Source: Clostridia bacterium (GTDB lineage: Bacteria > Bacillota > Clostridia > Oscillospirales > CAG-272). From it: a stretch of 30,132 nt of DNA. The position numbers and the translations under genes are program-made. The DNA is taken from NCBI GenBank assembly GCA_017518025.1, contig JAFWWR010000110.1:1-30132 (forward strand). Direction: 5' to 3'. The notes beneath the pieces were generated by a model that was not told the origin of the DNA, made no database searches, and saw only the letters and a program-made list of their open reading frames with translations. Below are positions 22,533 through 30,132 of this stretch, piece by piece (the first letter of the stretch is position 1; every line of letters begins with the position of its first letter).

Positions 22533-23285
22533 ATGAGGATACTTAAAATCATGATCTCCGGCTGCTGCGGGCGGCTCGGCTCCGCCGTGGCGCGCCTTGC
22601 GGCGGACCGGCGGGGGTTCGAGGTGGTCTGCGGCGTGGATCCGGCGGCGGGGGATACTCCGTTTCCCGTGTATTCGTCATTCGGCGGGGTCAAGGAGACC
22701 TGCGACGTGCTCATCGACGCGTCCCACCATTCGCTGACCCCCGATCTGCTCGCCTTTGCCGCAGAACGCGGCCTCCCGACGGTGATCTGCACCACGGGGC
22801 ACACCGACCCCGAGACGGAGATGATCGTCGCATATTCGAAGAAGATCCCGATCCTCAAATCGAGGAATATGTCCATCGGCGTGAATCTGCTGATCGAACT
22901 GGTGAAGAAGGCGGCGCAGTCCCTCGGAGAGGGCTTCGACGTGGAGATCGTGGAGGCGCACCACTCGAAGAAGCTGGACGCGCCCAGCGGGACCGCCCTG
23001 ATGCTCGCCGACGCGGTAAAAAGCGTCAGAGAGGAAGCGGAGTACGTCTACGACAGGCACGACGTGCGGCGCGAGCGGGGCGAAAACGAAGTGGGCATCC
23101 ACAGCATCCGCGGCGGGACGATAGTCGGGGAGCACAGTGTGATCTTCGCAGGCAGGGACGAGGTCATAACCCTCTCCCACAGCGCCGGGAGCCGCGATCT
23201 GTTCGCCGCCGGCGCCCTGAAAGCCGCGGAATTCGCGGCGGACGCCGCTCCGGGTCTTTACACCATGGCTGACGTGATAAAATAA
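22533..23285 (+). CDS. dapB: 4-hydroxy-tetrahydrodipicolinate reductase
   Basis: 250 aa. GCCGRLG, ICTTG, NMSIGVN, EIVEAHHSKKLDAPSGTAL, IHSIRGGTIVGEHSVIF, FAAGALKAA. Confidence 0.96.
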   Translation: MRILKIMISGCCGRLGSAVARLAADRRGFEVVCGVDPAAGDTPFPVYSSFGGVKETCDVLIDASHHSLTPDLLAFAAERGLPTVICTTGHTDPETEMIVAYSKKIPILKSRNMSIGVNLLIELVKKAAQSLGEGFDVEIVEAHHSKKLDAPSGTALMLADAVKSVREEAEYVYDRHDVRRERGENEVGIHSIRGGTIVGEHSVIFAGRDEVITLSHSAGSRDLFAAGALKAAEFAADAAPGLYTMADVIK

Positions 23286-23290
23286 AACAT

Positions 23291-23331
23291 AAAAAGGGGA
23301 GAATGATCGCTCATTCTCCCCGTATTTTGTT
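23291..23331. terminator. Bidirectional intrinsic terminator between dapB and the LtaS-family gene
   Basis: 11-bp stem GGGGAGAATGA / TCATTCTCCCC (23296-23321) with a TCGC loop, an A5 tract before and TATTTTGTTT after. Confidence 0.8.
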
Positions 23332-23343
23332 TATCTGACAGAT

Positions 23344-25350
23344 CTATTTTTCAAGAGTCCAGAATCCGTAGGGACAATTCTTTCTGTCGAAGAGGAAACT
23401 GTACTGGAGCGACGAATACTCCAGAAGCTTGCCGTATTTCTCATAGTCGGAAATGGGGTACACCTTGCCGCTCTCCCTGTCCGTAAAGCACCTGGAATTT
23501 AACGTGGGGAAGTTCTCCATCAGATCAAGCAGGTATTTCTGCGCGGCGGTCTGCGGAAGACCCGCGACCTCCGTCACGTAGGCGGAGAGATAGTTGAGAC
23601 TCATCGCCCCCGGATTTTCGTTATCTGTTTCATAATTCGTCCAGATGATGTAGGGGGTGATATACCTCGCCTCCGTGGATTTCATACTGTAGTTCGCCAG
23701 CTCCACCCCCGCCGCCTCCATCAGCGGCTCCGCCACGGCGTCGCCGGGCTGATGGTCGCCGAACATGACTATAACGGTGGGCTCGTCAACGTCCGAAAAG
23801 TAGTCGATGAGCTTCTCGAACGCCTTGTCGGACTCCCGCATCAGCGTCATGTAGGTGGAGACCACGGAATCATTCTCGAGTCCTTTGACCTTCACGTACG
23901 GGCTAAAGTTTGAGAACTCATCCCAGTACCCGCCGTGGTTCTGCATGGTCACCGCGAAGGCGAACAGCGGCCCGTCGGCATCCTCGTACGTCTCGATTAT
24001 CTTGTCAACGACGCTTTCGTCGGAAATATAACCTCTGATCAACCTCGGATTTCTGAAATCTTCGATGAAGAAGGATTCGTCAAAGCCGAGGAGCGGGTAG
24101 ATCTCGTTTCGCTTCCATCCTTTTTTGTAGTACGGATGCATGGTGACCGTTCTGTACCCCATATCGTCGAACTGGGTCACCAGAGACGGGATCTTATCTT
24201 TCAGGAACTGCTGATAGGGTATGCTCCCCTGAGGGAGGAACGCCATGGAGAGGCCGGTCAGAAATTCAAACTCGGAGTTGGGGGTGTTGCCGCCTACCAC
24301 GGACACGTGGAGGTTGCCTTTCGTTGTGTTTTCCTCAAGAGAAGAGATGAACGGGAAACAGTCTTCCGTGGTCTCGTAGTCGCAGACCGTGGTCATGTCG
24401 GAGAGGGTCTCGTTCATCACGACGATCACGTTCGGCAGGTCGCCGTTTTCCGCGGGGACCCTGTCCGATTCAAATCCCGACGTCAGCGAGCGGACGTATC
24501 TTGCGCTGTAACCCGAGGGCTTCTCCACGGTGATATACCGCAGGTTCATCAGGAACGATACCGTGAATCCGTTTTTGTCGTACAGGACGTTGGGCGTAAA
24601 CAGGTAGGGGTAAAGATTGAACGTATCGATGGCGTGATCCGTCTGAAGATAGAGAACGGAGCCGGAGAACGCGGCGAAGGAGAGCACGGTGGCGATAAGA
24701 CGGACGAACCATTTCCCCAGGTTCAGCTTGATGTTGCAGCACAGCGCTATCTCGACGAGGAACAGCGCCAGAGAAATGATGCAGACCACTTTCATCCCGA
24801 AATTGATGGGGTAGTGGCTTATGACGCCCGCCGCCGTTCCCGCGGAGGCGATGTCCCATGGGAAAAGGGGAGCGCCGCGGAACGACTTGGTGTAGTAGCT
24901 GATCATTCCGAAGGTTATCACGACGACCGTCACGATCGCGCCGCCCGCCGCGGTGCGTCTTGTCAGTATAGACAGGAAAATCGCAGTGAGATAAATGACC
25001 GCCAGATTCAGGAATACGACCCGCGGCGTCATTTTCGTCGGGTCGTGGGTTATGAACTCCACCAGCAGGAACACCGCCGCGGGGATGACCGCTGCGGCGA
25101 TCCACCGCAGGACGATGTTGACCTTTTTTCGGAATACGATCCTGTAAAGGCCAAGAGCGACGGAAAGGACCGCCGCCGCGTGAAGGATGATGACGAACGC
25201 TTCTTCGCCCTTCGCAACCCCCACCTGATAATAACCTATCGCAAACAGGATCTCCGTCGTGAGCGCGACAAAGGACACCCCGAGAACGCTGAGAACGGTC
25301 CGGAACGCCTTGTTTTGCGCTATTTTATTTGCGAGAGACTTGATCTTCAT
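23344..25350 (-). CDS. LTA synthase (LtaS)-family / phosphoglycerol transferase, sulfatase-like membrane protein
   Basis: 668 aa. Several hydrophobic N-terminal segments, then PNVIVVMNETLSD, GGNTPNSEFEFLTG (catalytic Thr), MHPY...WKRNEIYPLLGFD, VTMQNHG, VMFGDHQP. Confidence 0.9.
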   Translation of the reverse strand: MKIKSLANKIAQNKAFRTVLSVLGVSFVALTTEILFAIGYYQVGVAKGEEAFVIILHAAAVLSVALGLYRIVFRKKVNIVLRWIAAAVIPAAVFLLVEFITHDPTKMTPRVVFLNLAVIYLTAIFLSILTRRTAAGGAIVTVVVITFGMISYYTKSFRGAPLFPWDIASAGTAAGVISHYPINFGMKVVCIISLALFLVEIALCCNIKLNLGKWFVRLIATVLSFAAFSGSVLYLQTDHAIDTFNLYPYLFTPNVLYDKNGFTVSFLMNLRYITVEKPSGYSARYVRSLTSGFESDRVPAENGDLPNVIVVMNETLSDMTTVCDYETTEDCFPFISSLEENTTKGNLHVSVVGGNTPNSEFEFLTGLSMAFLPQGSIPYQQFLKDKIPSLVTQFDDMGYRTVTMHPYYKKGWKRNEIYPLLGFDESFFIEDFRNPRLIRGYISDESVVDKIIETYEDADGPLFAFAVTMQNHGGYWDEFSNFSPYVKVKGLENDSVVSTYMTLMRESDKAFEKLIDYFSDVDEPTVIVMFGDHQPGDAVAEPLMEAAGVELANYSMKSTEARYITPYIIWTNYETDNENPGAMSLNYLSAYVTEVAGLPQTAAQKYLLDLMENFPTLNSRCFTDRESGKVYPISDYEKYGKLLEYSSLQYSFLFDRKNCPYGFWTLEK

Positions 25351-25414
25351 GTTTTTGTTTTCCTCAAACGGTCAGTTGCGGTCCGCCGCCCTGCGGCCGG
25401 CGGTACCAACGAAT

Positions 25415-25443
25415 AATATATAACAAAATGCGGGAAAAATCAA
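25415..25443 (-). promoter_or_regulatory. Probable promoter for the LtaS-family gene
   Basis: Minus strand: TTGATT (25443-25438), 17 bp, TATATT (25420-25415). Confidence 0.5.
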
Positions 25444-25464
25444 GAGATTTGCTTAAAATCCGCG

Positions 25465-28446
25465 TCACCGACGAGCGTCGCCGAGCCCGGCGGAGACGAA
25501 CGCATACCTCTTCTGCCAGGTGCTCGGAGAATATGGATAGAAATCCCCGGGCCCGACGGAATAGGGAACGACTTCCTTCAGATGGTGCGGCCCCAGGAGA
25601 TTCCGGTTGCCGACGCAGAGCTCGATGCCGATCCTGTTTTCGCCTTCGCGGACGAGATCCGTGATCTCGCACCCAAAGTCAGCCCAGGGCAGGGTCGCGG
25701 CGACCTCGCCGTTGACCTTGACCCGGCACAGAGCGGCTTTCGGCTTCGGGAGCCTCACGCGGTATCTGGTACCGTCCGCCCTCAGGCGCACGTTCTGCTC
25801 GAGGGTGATGTACCCTCTGAAGAAAGGATACCCCTGAGTCACCAAATCGTCGCCGCGGACGGCGGTTTTTCTGTTTCCGAGGAAGAACGGACCTTCCGCG
25901 GTGAGACCGTCCTTCGGATGCTTTGTGAACTCTCCCACGCTGAACACTCCGAAATTACCGGTGAGATAAACGAGACCGAGTTCATCGTCTTCGGGCGATA
26001 CAAGACCGCTCACGGAAATGACGTTTTCGCCGTGACGGACGAGATCTCCCGCGTGATATACGGTAAAGGAACGGTCGAGCCACCATTCGCCCTCCGCGGG
26101 ACGGAGGAGCTGCCCGTTGAGCTTGACCGTCGCGGACGGACGCTGCTCGGTCACTATGCGGAAATCGCCGAATTTGCCGGGATCGGCGCCGTCCGATACG
26201 GTAAACCCGAACCGCGCTTCCGCCGCGGACGGATCGTCGAGCGAGAAGATTTTGTTTCCTGCGTTGTAAATATGGATCGGCTCCGTTTCGTCGCCGTCCG
26301 GCGTCGCGACGGTACAGTATTCGAGCATCATGCAGTTGGGGTCGCCTCCGGGGGCGACGTCCCACGCGTCACCGAATGTGACGTCGGTCACGGGGCGGAC
26401 GTCAGTTTCATCCTCATGCTCCGCGGGGGAGTACTCCACCGCGATCATACGGGACTGCTGGGGCTCGAACCGCAGACGCGCCGTCACCTTGCCGTCGCCG
26501 CATTCGTGGGGAACGGAGACGACGGACGGTCCGTCCGGCCTGATCTCCGACATATATTCGCCGTCCGCGGTAAACTCTATCTCAAAGGAACGGTCCCGCT
26601 CCGTGTTGAGCAGGAAATAGATCCGTCTGTCCTCGTCCGGGTAGTACCGGGAGGTCAGATGTATATATTTCTCGTCCCCGCCGCCGTTGAGGGAGGCGCG
26701 GATCAGTCCGTTTTTCTCAAGGTACGCGCACGCGTCCTCCGACGAAAGGTCGATCCTCTCCGCTGCGTCGAGGAGAGGCGCAAGTTCTTCCTTCGCCTGC
26801 CTGCCGTCGATGAACTCCGGCTCGCGCCCCGTGACGATAAGCCGTCCGCCGCTCTCCGTGAACGCGGTGAGGAGCTCGAAGGTCGATCTGTCGAGGCCGG
26901 TGAGGTCAGGCAGGATCACCGTGCGGTAGCCCGCCGTTCCCACGGTCAGGATCCCGTCCTCCGCCGACCCGTGGCGGCGCATGACCGTCTCGTCTCCGAA
27001 GTGGAAATCCACGTGCATATCGGCGAGGGCGAGGACGGTAAGATTGAACCTGTCGTCGTAGGCCTGCTCGCTGTTTATATCCGTTCCGTTGAACCTGATC
27101 CACAGGGAGTGCATGGGGTGGATCACCAGGACGTCCGGGTCCCATGCGCCCGAGCCGAGTATTGCGCCGGTGCGGGCGACGGTGTCGTTGAATATCCTGT
27201 AATCGCGCCACCAGGGCGACTGATAGAACATACAGGGCGGATAGTCGTTCTTCCTGAAGCCGCGGATAGTGTATCCCTCGAGGTGCTGGCAGAGCAGGGT
27301 GACGCCGTACATGAACTGCCAGTCAACGAGCCACTTGAGGTCAGAGAAGGTCACGTCCCATCCGCTGAGGGCGAAGGTCTCCGTCAGGGCGCCCTCCTTG
27401 CCGAGCTGCGCGGCGACCGAGCCAAGCTGAAGCGGAGTCACCGGCAGGCAAGTCCTGCCCGTGATCCCCTCGCGCTGGGGATCGCGCCCGAGCCAGTCGA
27501 TCCCCGGGACGTGCATATATTCGTACAGAGGCATCACTCCCGCCGTGCAGTGCATCTGGCAGAGCATATTGTCCTCCATCATCCCGTGTCCGGTGAGACG
27601 GCACAGATGATCGGAGCACCAGTCGTATATCTGTTTGCCGAAGGACTCGATGTAAAGGCGGTTCACCATGGACCAGAAGTCGTGACGCACGCTCTCGCAT
27701 CCGGGCGAATCGAAAAAGAGCGCGGGAACGTGATCCGAGATGCGGTACCCGTTCTGTTCCCTGAATTCATCCTCAAATACGGGCGACCAGGGCGTTTTGC
27801 AGAGAGAATACTGGGGCTCGTCGGTAAAGAAACCGGAAAGAGCGCCGTCTGCGAACATGGTCCCGGTCTCGTCGAGATACCTCTCGTGGGTCAGATCGAG
27901 GAACTTCCGCACCGCCTCGGGGTTCAGGATATCCGTGTAGCTTTCGTCGCTGAAACTGACCGCCCAATACTCCCGCTCGCCTTCGTCTCGGGCGGGGCCG
28001 TCCCCGTCCCTGAGCTTGCGGTACGTTCCGTCGGGGCTGACTGCGTACCTGCCGATGAAGATGCCCGATCTCGCTTTATCGGGATCTTTCTCCTCGTCCA
28101 CAAGCCGCACCCAGCTTACCCGGTATTCCTCGTACTCGCGGGGGATCTTCCGTCCCGCGGAACCGCTGGGCCAGCCGTCCTCGTCGTAGCACCACGCCAT
28201 GACGCCGCACTTTTCCGCCTCGTCGGCGGCGGTGCGGACGCACTCGAACCAGTCTTCGCCCATGTACGGAGTCAGCAGTCCGTCCCGGGCGTGCATGAAG
28301 AAGCCGCCGTGACCCGTCTCTCTCATTTCTCTCACCTGACGGTGAAGCTCCGCGGGGTCGAGCCGGTCGTTCCACGACCAGAAGGGATGAGGCCTTTGTT
28401 TTACGTCGGGATCTGCGAATTTTCCGATCCAGTTCTTTATATTCAT
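25465..28446 (-). CDS. Glycoside hydrolase, GH106 (alpha-L-rhamnosidase)-like, with C-terminal beta-sandwich domains
   Basis: 993 aa from ATG 28446 (SD GGAG; lies downstream of the predicted promoter, unlike the track start at 28512). PHPFWSWND, GGFFMHARDG, WCYDEDGWPSG, GFFTDEP, LTGHGMMED, MHVPGIDWL, ALTETFALSGW, RKNDYPP, YPFFRG. Confidence 0.8.
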   Translation of the reverse strand: MNIKNWIGKFADPDVKQRPHPFWSWNDRLDPAELHRQVREMRETGHGGFFMHARDGLLTPYMGEDWFECVRTAADEAEKCGVMAWCYDEDGWPSGSAGRKIPREYEEYRVSWVRLVDEEKDPDKARSGIFIGRYAVSPDGTYRKLRDGDGPARDEGEREYWAVSFSDESYTDILNPEAVRKFLDLTHERYLDETGTMFADGALSGFFTDEPQYSLCKTPWSPVFEDEFREQNGYRISDHVPALFFDSPGCESVRHDFWSMVNRLYIESFGKQIYDWCSDHLCRLTGHGMMEDNMLCQMHCTAGVMPLYEYMHVPGIDWLGRDPQREGITGRTCLPVTPLQLGSVAAQLGKEGALTETFALSGWDVTFSDLKWLVDWQFMYGVTLLCQHLEGYTIRGFRKNDYPPCMFYQSPWWRDYRIFNDTVARTGAILGSGAWDPDVLVIHPMHSLWIRFNGTDINSEQAYDDRFNLTVLALADMHVDFHFGDETVMRRHGSAEDGILTVGTAGYRTVILPDLTGLDRSTFELLTAFTESGGRLIVTGREPEFIDGRQAKEELAPLLDAAERIDLSSEDACAYLEKNGLIRASLNGGGDEKYIHLTSRYYPDEDRRIYFLLNTERDRSFEIEFTADGEYMSEIRPDGPSVVSVPHECGDGKVTARLRFEPQQSRMIAVEYSPAEHEDETDVRPVTDVTFGDAWDVAPGGDPNCMMLEYCTVATPDGDETEPIHIYNAGNKIFSLDDPSAAEARFGFTVSDGADPGKFGDFRIVTEQRPSATVKLNGQLLRPAEGEWWLDRSFTVYHAGDLVRHGENVISVSGLVSPEDDELGLVYLTGNFGVFSVGEFTKHPKDGLTAEGPFFLGNRKTAVRGDDLVTQGYPFFRGYITLEQNVRLRADGTRYRVRLPKPKAALCRVKVNGEVAATLPWADFGCEITDLVREGENRIGIELCVGNRNLLGPHHLKEVVPYSVGPGDFYPYSPSTWQKRYAFVSAGLGDARR

Positions 28447-28483
28447 CAAATCAATCTCCGATCTGTCCCTGTTTTCTGACTCC

Positions 28484-28512
28484 ATTTTATCATATCGCGG
28501 CGAATAGTTCAA
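28484..28512 (-). promoter_or_regulatory. Sigma-A/70-type promoter for the GH106-like gene
   Basis: Minus strand: TTGAAC (28512-28507), 17 bp, TAAAAT (28489-28484), with an extended -10 TG. Confidence 0.65.
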
Positions 28513-28532
28513 TCAAAAGGACAAAAATGATA

Positions 28533-28561
28533 TTGAAAAAAGAGTCCGGCCATGTTAAAAT
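28533..28561 (+). promoter_or_regulatory. Sigma-A/70-type promoter for the nucleoside hydrolase operon
   Basis: TTGAAA (28533-28538), 17 bp, TAAAAT (28556-28561), with an extended -10 TG. Confidence 0.65.
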
Positions 28562-28599
28562 GATAGCGGAACGACAAACACAAGAAAGGAATCATAAAA

Positions 28600-29541
28600 A
28601 TGACGGTAGAACAGGTACTTCAGGACATAAGGAGCGACAGAGTAAAGAAAGTCATCGACGACGGAGATTTCAGCGCGGAGATCGACGACCAGTACGCTTT
28701 GGCGTACCTCATGGGATCGGATAAGATCGACCTTCTCGGCGTCAACGCCGAGGCGTACTTTGAGGAGCCCGTTGCCACGGACACGAAGGAGGTCATGCTC
28801 CGCAGCTACGCGGAGATCGAGCGCGTTTACGGCTATCTCGGCATCACCGGAGAGGACGTGCCGTATTTCAAGGGCGCCGAGTCCCAGATCTCCAACAACC
28901 CGGGATACGCCCCCTCCGACAGCCCCGCCGCCAGGAACATAATCAAGGTCGCCCATGAGATGAAGGACGAGCCCCTTTACGTGGTCGTCACCGGTCCCAC
29001 GACAAACGTGGTGTCCGCGTGCATGATAGACCCCTCCATCATGGATAAGATCGTCGTGGTCTGGGTCGGAGGAATGGGAGTTTACTACGACGGCGAGGCG
29101 GAGAACAAACGCTTCCACGAGTGGAACCTCTGCGCCGACGTCGCCGCGGCGAAATTCCTCTTCAACAACGATATCCCGCTGATATTCCTCCCCACGGAGC
29201 CGGAGGGCTCCTGCTCCATCAGCCAGTATTACAGAGACTTCGGCAAGATCAGGGGCGACAGCCCCGCGGGCGAGTTCTTCCGCACGATCCTTCCGGCGAA
29301 AGAAGCCACCGGCGAGAAGTACCAGACCAAGATCAAGGTCATGTGCGATCTTATGGGCCCCGCCGTGCTTATCATCCCGGATTCCATGGAATACAGGATC
29401 GTCCCGGCGCCCGTTCTGACCGACGAGAATTCCTACGCCCTTGACTATATGCGCCGCAAGATCATCTACGGCTACAGACCGAACTCCGAGATGATCGTGA
29501 ACGACATGCTGAAGACTGTCGAAAAGCTTATCAATAAATGA
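28600..29541 (+). CDS. Inosine/uridine-preferring nucleoside hydrolase family protein
   Basis: 313 aa. N-terminal Asp-rich motif VIDDGDFSAEIDDQYALAYL, YVVVTGPTTNV, IVVVWVGG, EWNLCADVAAA. Confidence 0.82.
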   Translation: MTVEQVLQDIRSDRVKKVIDDGDFSAEIDDQYALAYLMGSDKIDLLGVNAEAYFEEPVATDTKEVMLRSYAEIERVYGYLGITGEDVPYFKGAESQISNNPGYAPSDSPAARNIIKVAHEMKDEPLYVVVTGPTTNVVSACMIDPSIMDKIVVVWVGGMGVYYDGEAENKRFHEWNLCADVAAAKFLFNNDIPLIFLPTEPEGSCSISQYYRDFGKIRGDSPAGEFFRTILPAKEATGEKYQTKIKVMCDLMGPAVLIIPDSMEYRIVPAPVLTDENSYALDYMRRKIIYGYRPNSEMIVNDMLKTVEKLINK

Positions 29542-29553
29542 TCATCGACCCGC

Positions 29554-29581
29554 CGGGCGGTCGGCTTTTGCCGACCGCCCG
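29554..29581 (+). other. Strong GC-rich intergenic hairpin without a U-tract
   Basis: CGGGCGGTCGGC-TTTT-GCCGACCGCCCG (12-bp perfect stem), followed by AAATGTTG. Confidence 0.6.
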
Positions 29582-29608
29582 AAATGTTGTTTCAGGAAAG
29601 GATAAATA

Positions 29609-30132
29609 ATGAAACTTGCTTACAACGAACCCGTTCTGAGAACTCACTTTACGGAGAAACCGTACCCGAAGGTCGACGACGCCGATCTGTACGTCGCCGT
29701 GGACGGCGACGACGGCGCCTCCGGCGACCTCGCGCATCCTCTTGCGACCTTCAACAAAGCCGTGGAGCGTGTACGCGAACTGAAGAAGACGAAAACCGGC
29801 GATATCGTCGTCGCCTTCAGGGCGGGGGAGTACGGCCCCCTTTCCGTTCTGCTCACCGCGGAGGACTCGGGGACCTCCGAACAGAGGATAATCTACTGCA
29901 AATACGGCGACGGAGACGTGGTCTTCAATAACGGCGTCGATATTACACCGGACGATTTCACCTGTCTTGACGGGGACGACGAGGGCCTTTTCGCGCCGGA
30001 GGCGGCGGAGAAAATAAAAAAGGTGCCCCTCGGGGACCGGCTCTCCTCCTACGATCCCCGCAAAGTCCTCGTGCTGGATGAAAACGGCGGCATGACTCTC
30101 GCCCGTTTCCCGAACCTGAACCCTGACGGGAC
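29609..30132 (+). CDS. Right-handed parallel beta-helix-type protein (pectin-lyase-like fold), partial, runs off the right edge
   Basis: Translated by hand from ATG 29609 (SD AGGAAAGG): MKLAYNEPVL...LYVAVDGDDGASGDLAHPLATFNKAVERVR...VVAFRAGEY...LTAEDSGT...IIYCKYGDG...LARFPN. This N-terminal pattern is typical of beta-helix carbohydrate enzymes. Absent from the ORF track (no stop). Confidence 0.75.
   Translation, partial: MKLAYNEPVLRTHFTEKPYPKVDDADLYVAVDGDDGASGDLAHPLATFNKAVERVRELKKTKTGDIVVAFRAGEYGPLSVLLTAEDSGTSEQRIIYCKYGDGDVVFNNGVDITPDDFTCLDGDDEGLFAPEAAEKIKKVPLGDRLSSYDPRKVLVLDENGGMTLARFPNLNPDG

Noticed and set aside
25582-28479. 965-aa plus-strand ORF antisense to the GH106-like gene; similar long shadow ORFs at 3415-4893, 4865-6523, 8912-10399, 19781-21286 and 23935-25416
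   Set aside because: These overlap well-supported genes. Their translations lack motifs and have the composition expected from the reverse or shifted frame of GC3-biased codons, so they are shadow ORFs.
1-30132. CRISPR arrays, tRNA/rRNA genes, transposases, integrases or phage genes
   Set aside because: No regularly spaced repeat-spacer pattern, cloverleaf, rRNA signature, or DDE/tyrosine/serine recombinase motif was seen by eye.

Overview
A housekeeping-rich chromosomal window from a GC-rich bacterium. Gene content (LtaS-family protein, lysine riboswitch with a terminator platform, sigma-A-type promoters) suggests an uncultured Clostridia-like Firmicute; this is an inference. Left to right: (1) the 5' part of a >1110-aa secreted, acidic, FN3/Ig-like protein with a ~500-aa internal duplication (minus strand, runs off the window, absent from the ORF track); (2) proS; (3) a NahK/APH-family kinase; (4) an apparent ~12-kb operon: pth, mfd, four tandem FN3-like + tyrosine-phosphatase genes, a small unknown ORF, an iron-sulfur-flavoprotein-like gene, a fifth phosphatase paralog, a YdeI/OmdA-pyroglutamyl peptidase fusion, and a GNAT; (5) miaA and queA; (6) a lysine riboswitch with a full antiterminator/terminator platform, then dapA-dapB; (7) an LtaS-family protein; (8) a GH106-like hydrolase; (9) a nucleoside hydrolase and the start of a beta-helix protein. 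The best candidate for an undescribed system is the five-paralog array of signal-peptide-less FN3-like/PTP phosphatases (HCxxGADRT), translationally coupled to mfd. Other notable signals are a near-consensus promoter that would start inside the lysine aptamer, an apparent ACG start codon behind a perfect Shine-Dalgarno, and a four-copy TTTCRRCTTT motif in the kinase/pth divergent promoter region. I saw no rRNA, tRNA, CRISPR array or mobile element. All product calls come from motif recognition by eye; no database searches were run.
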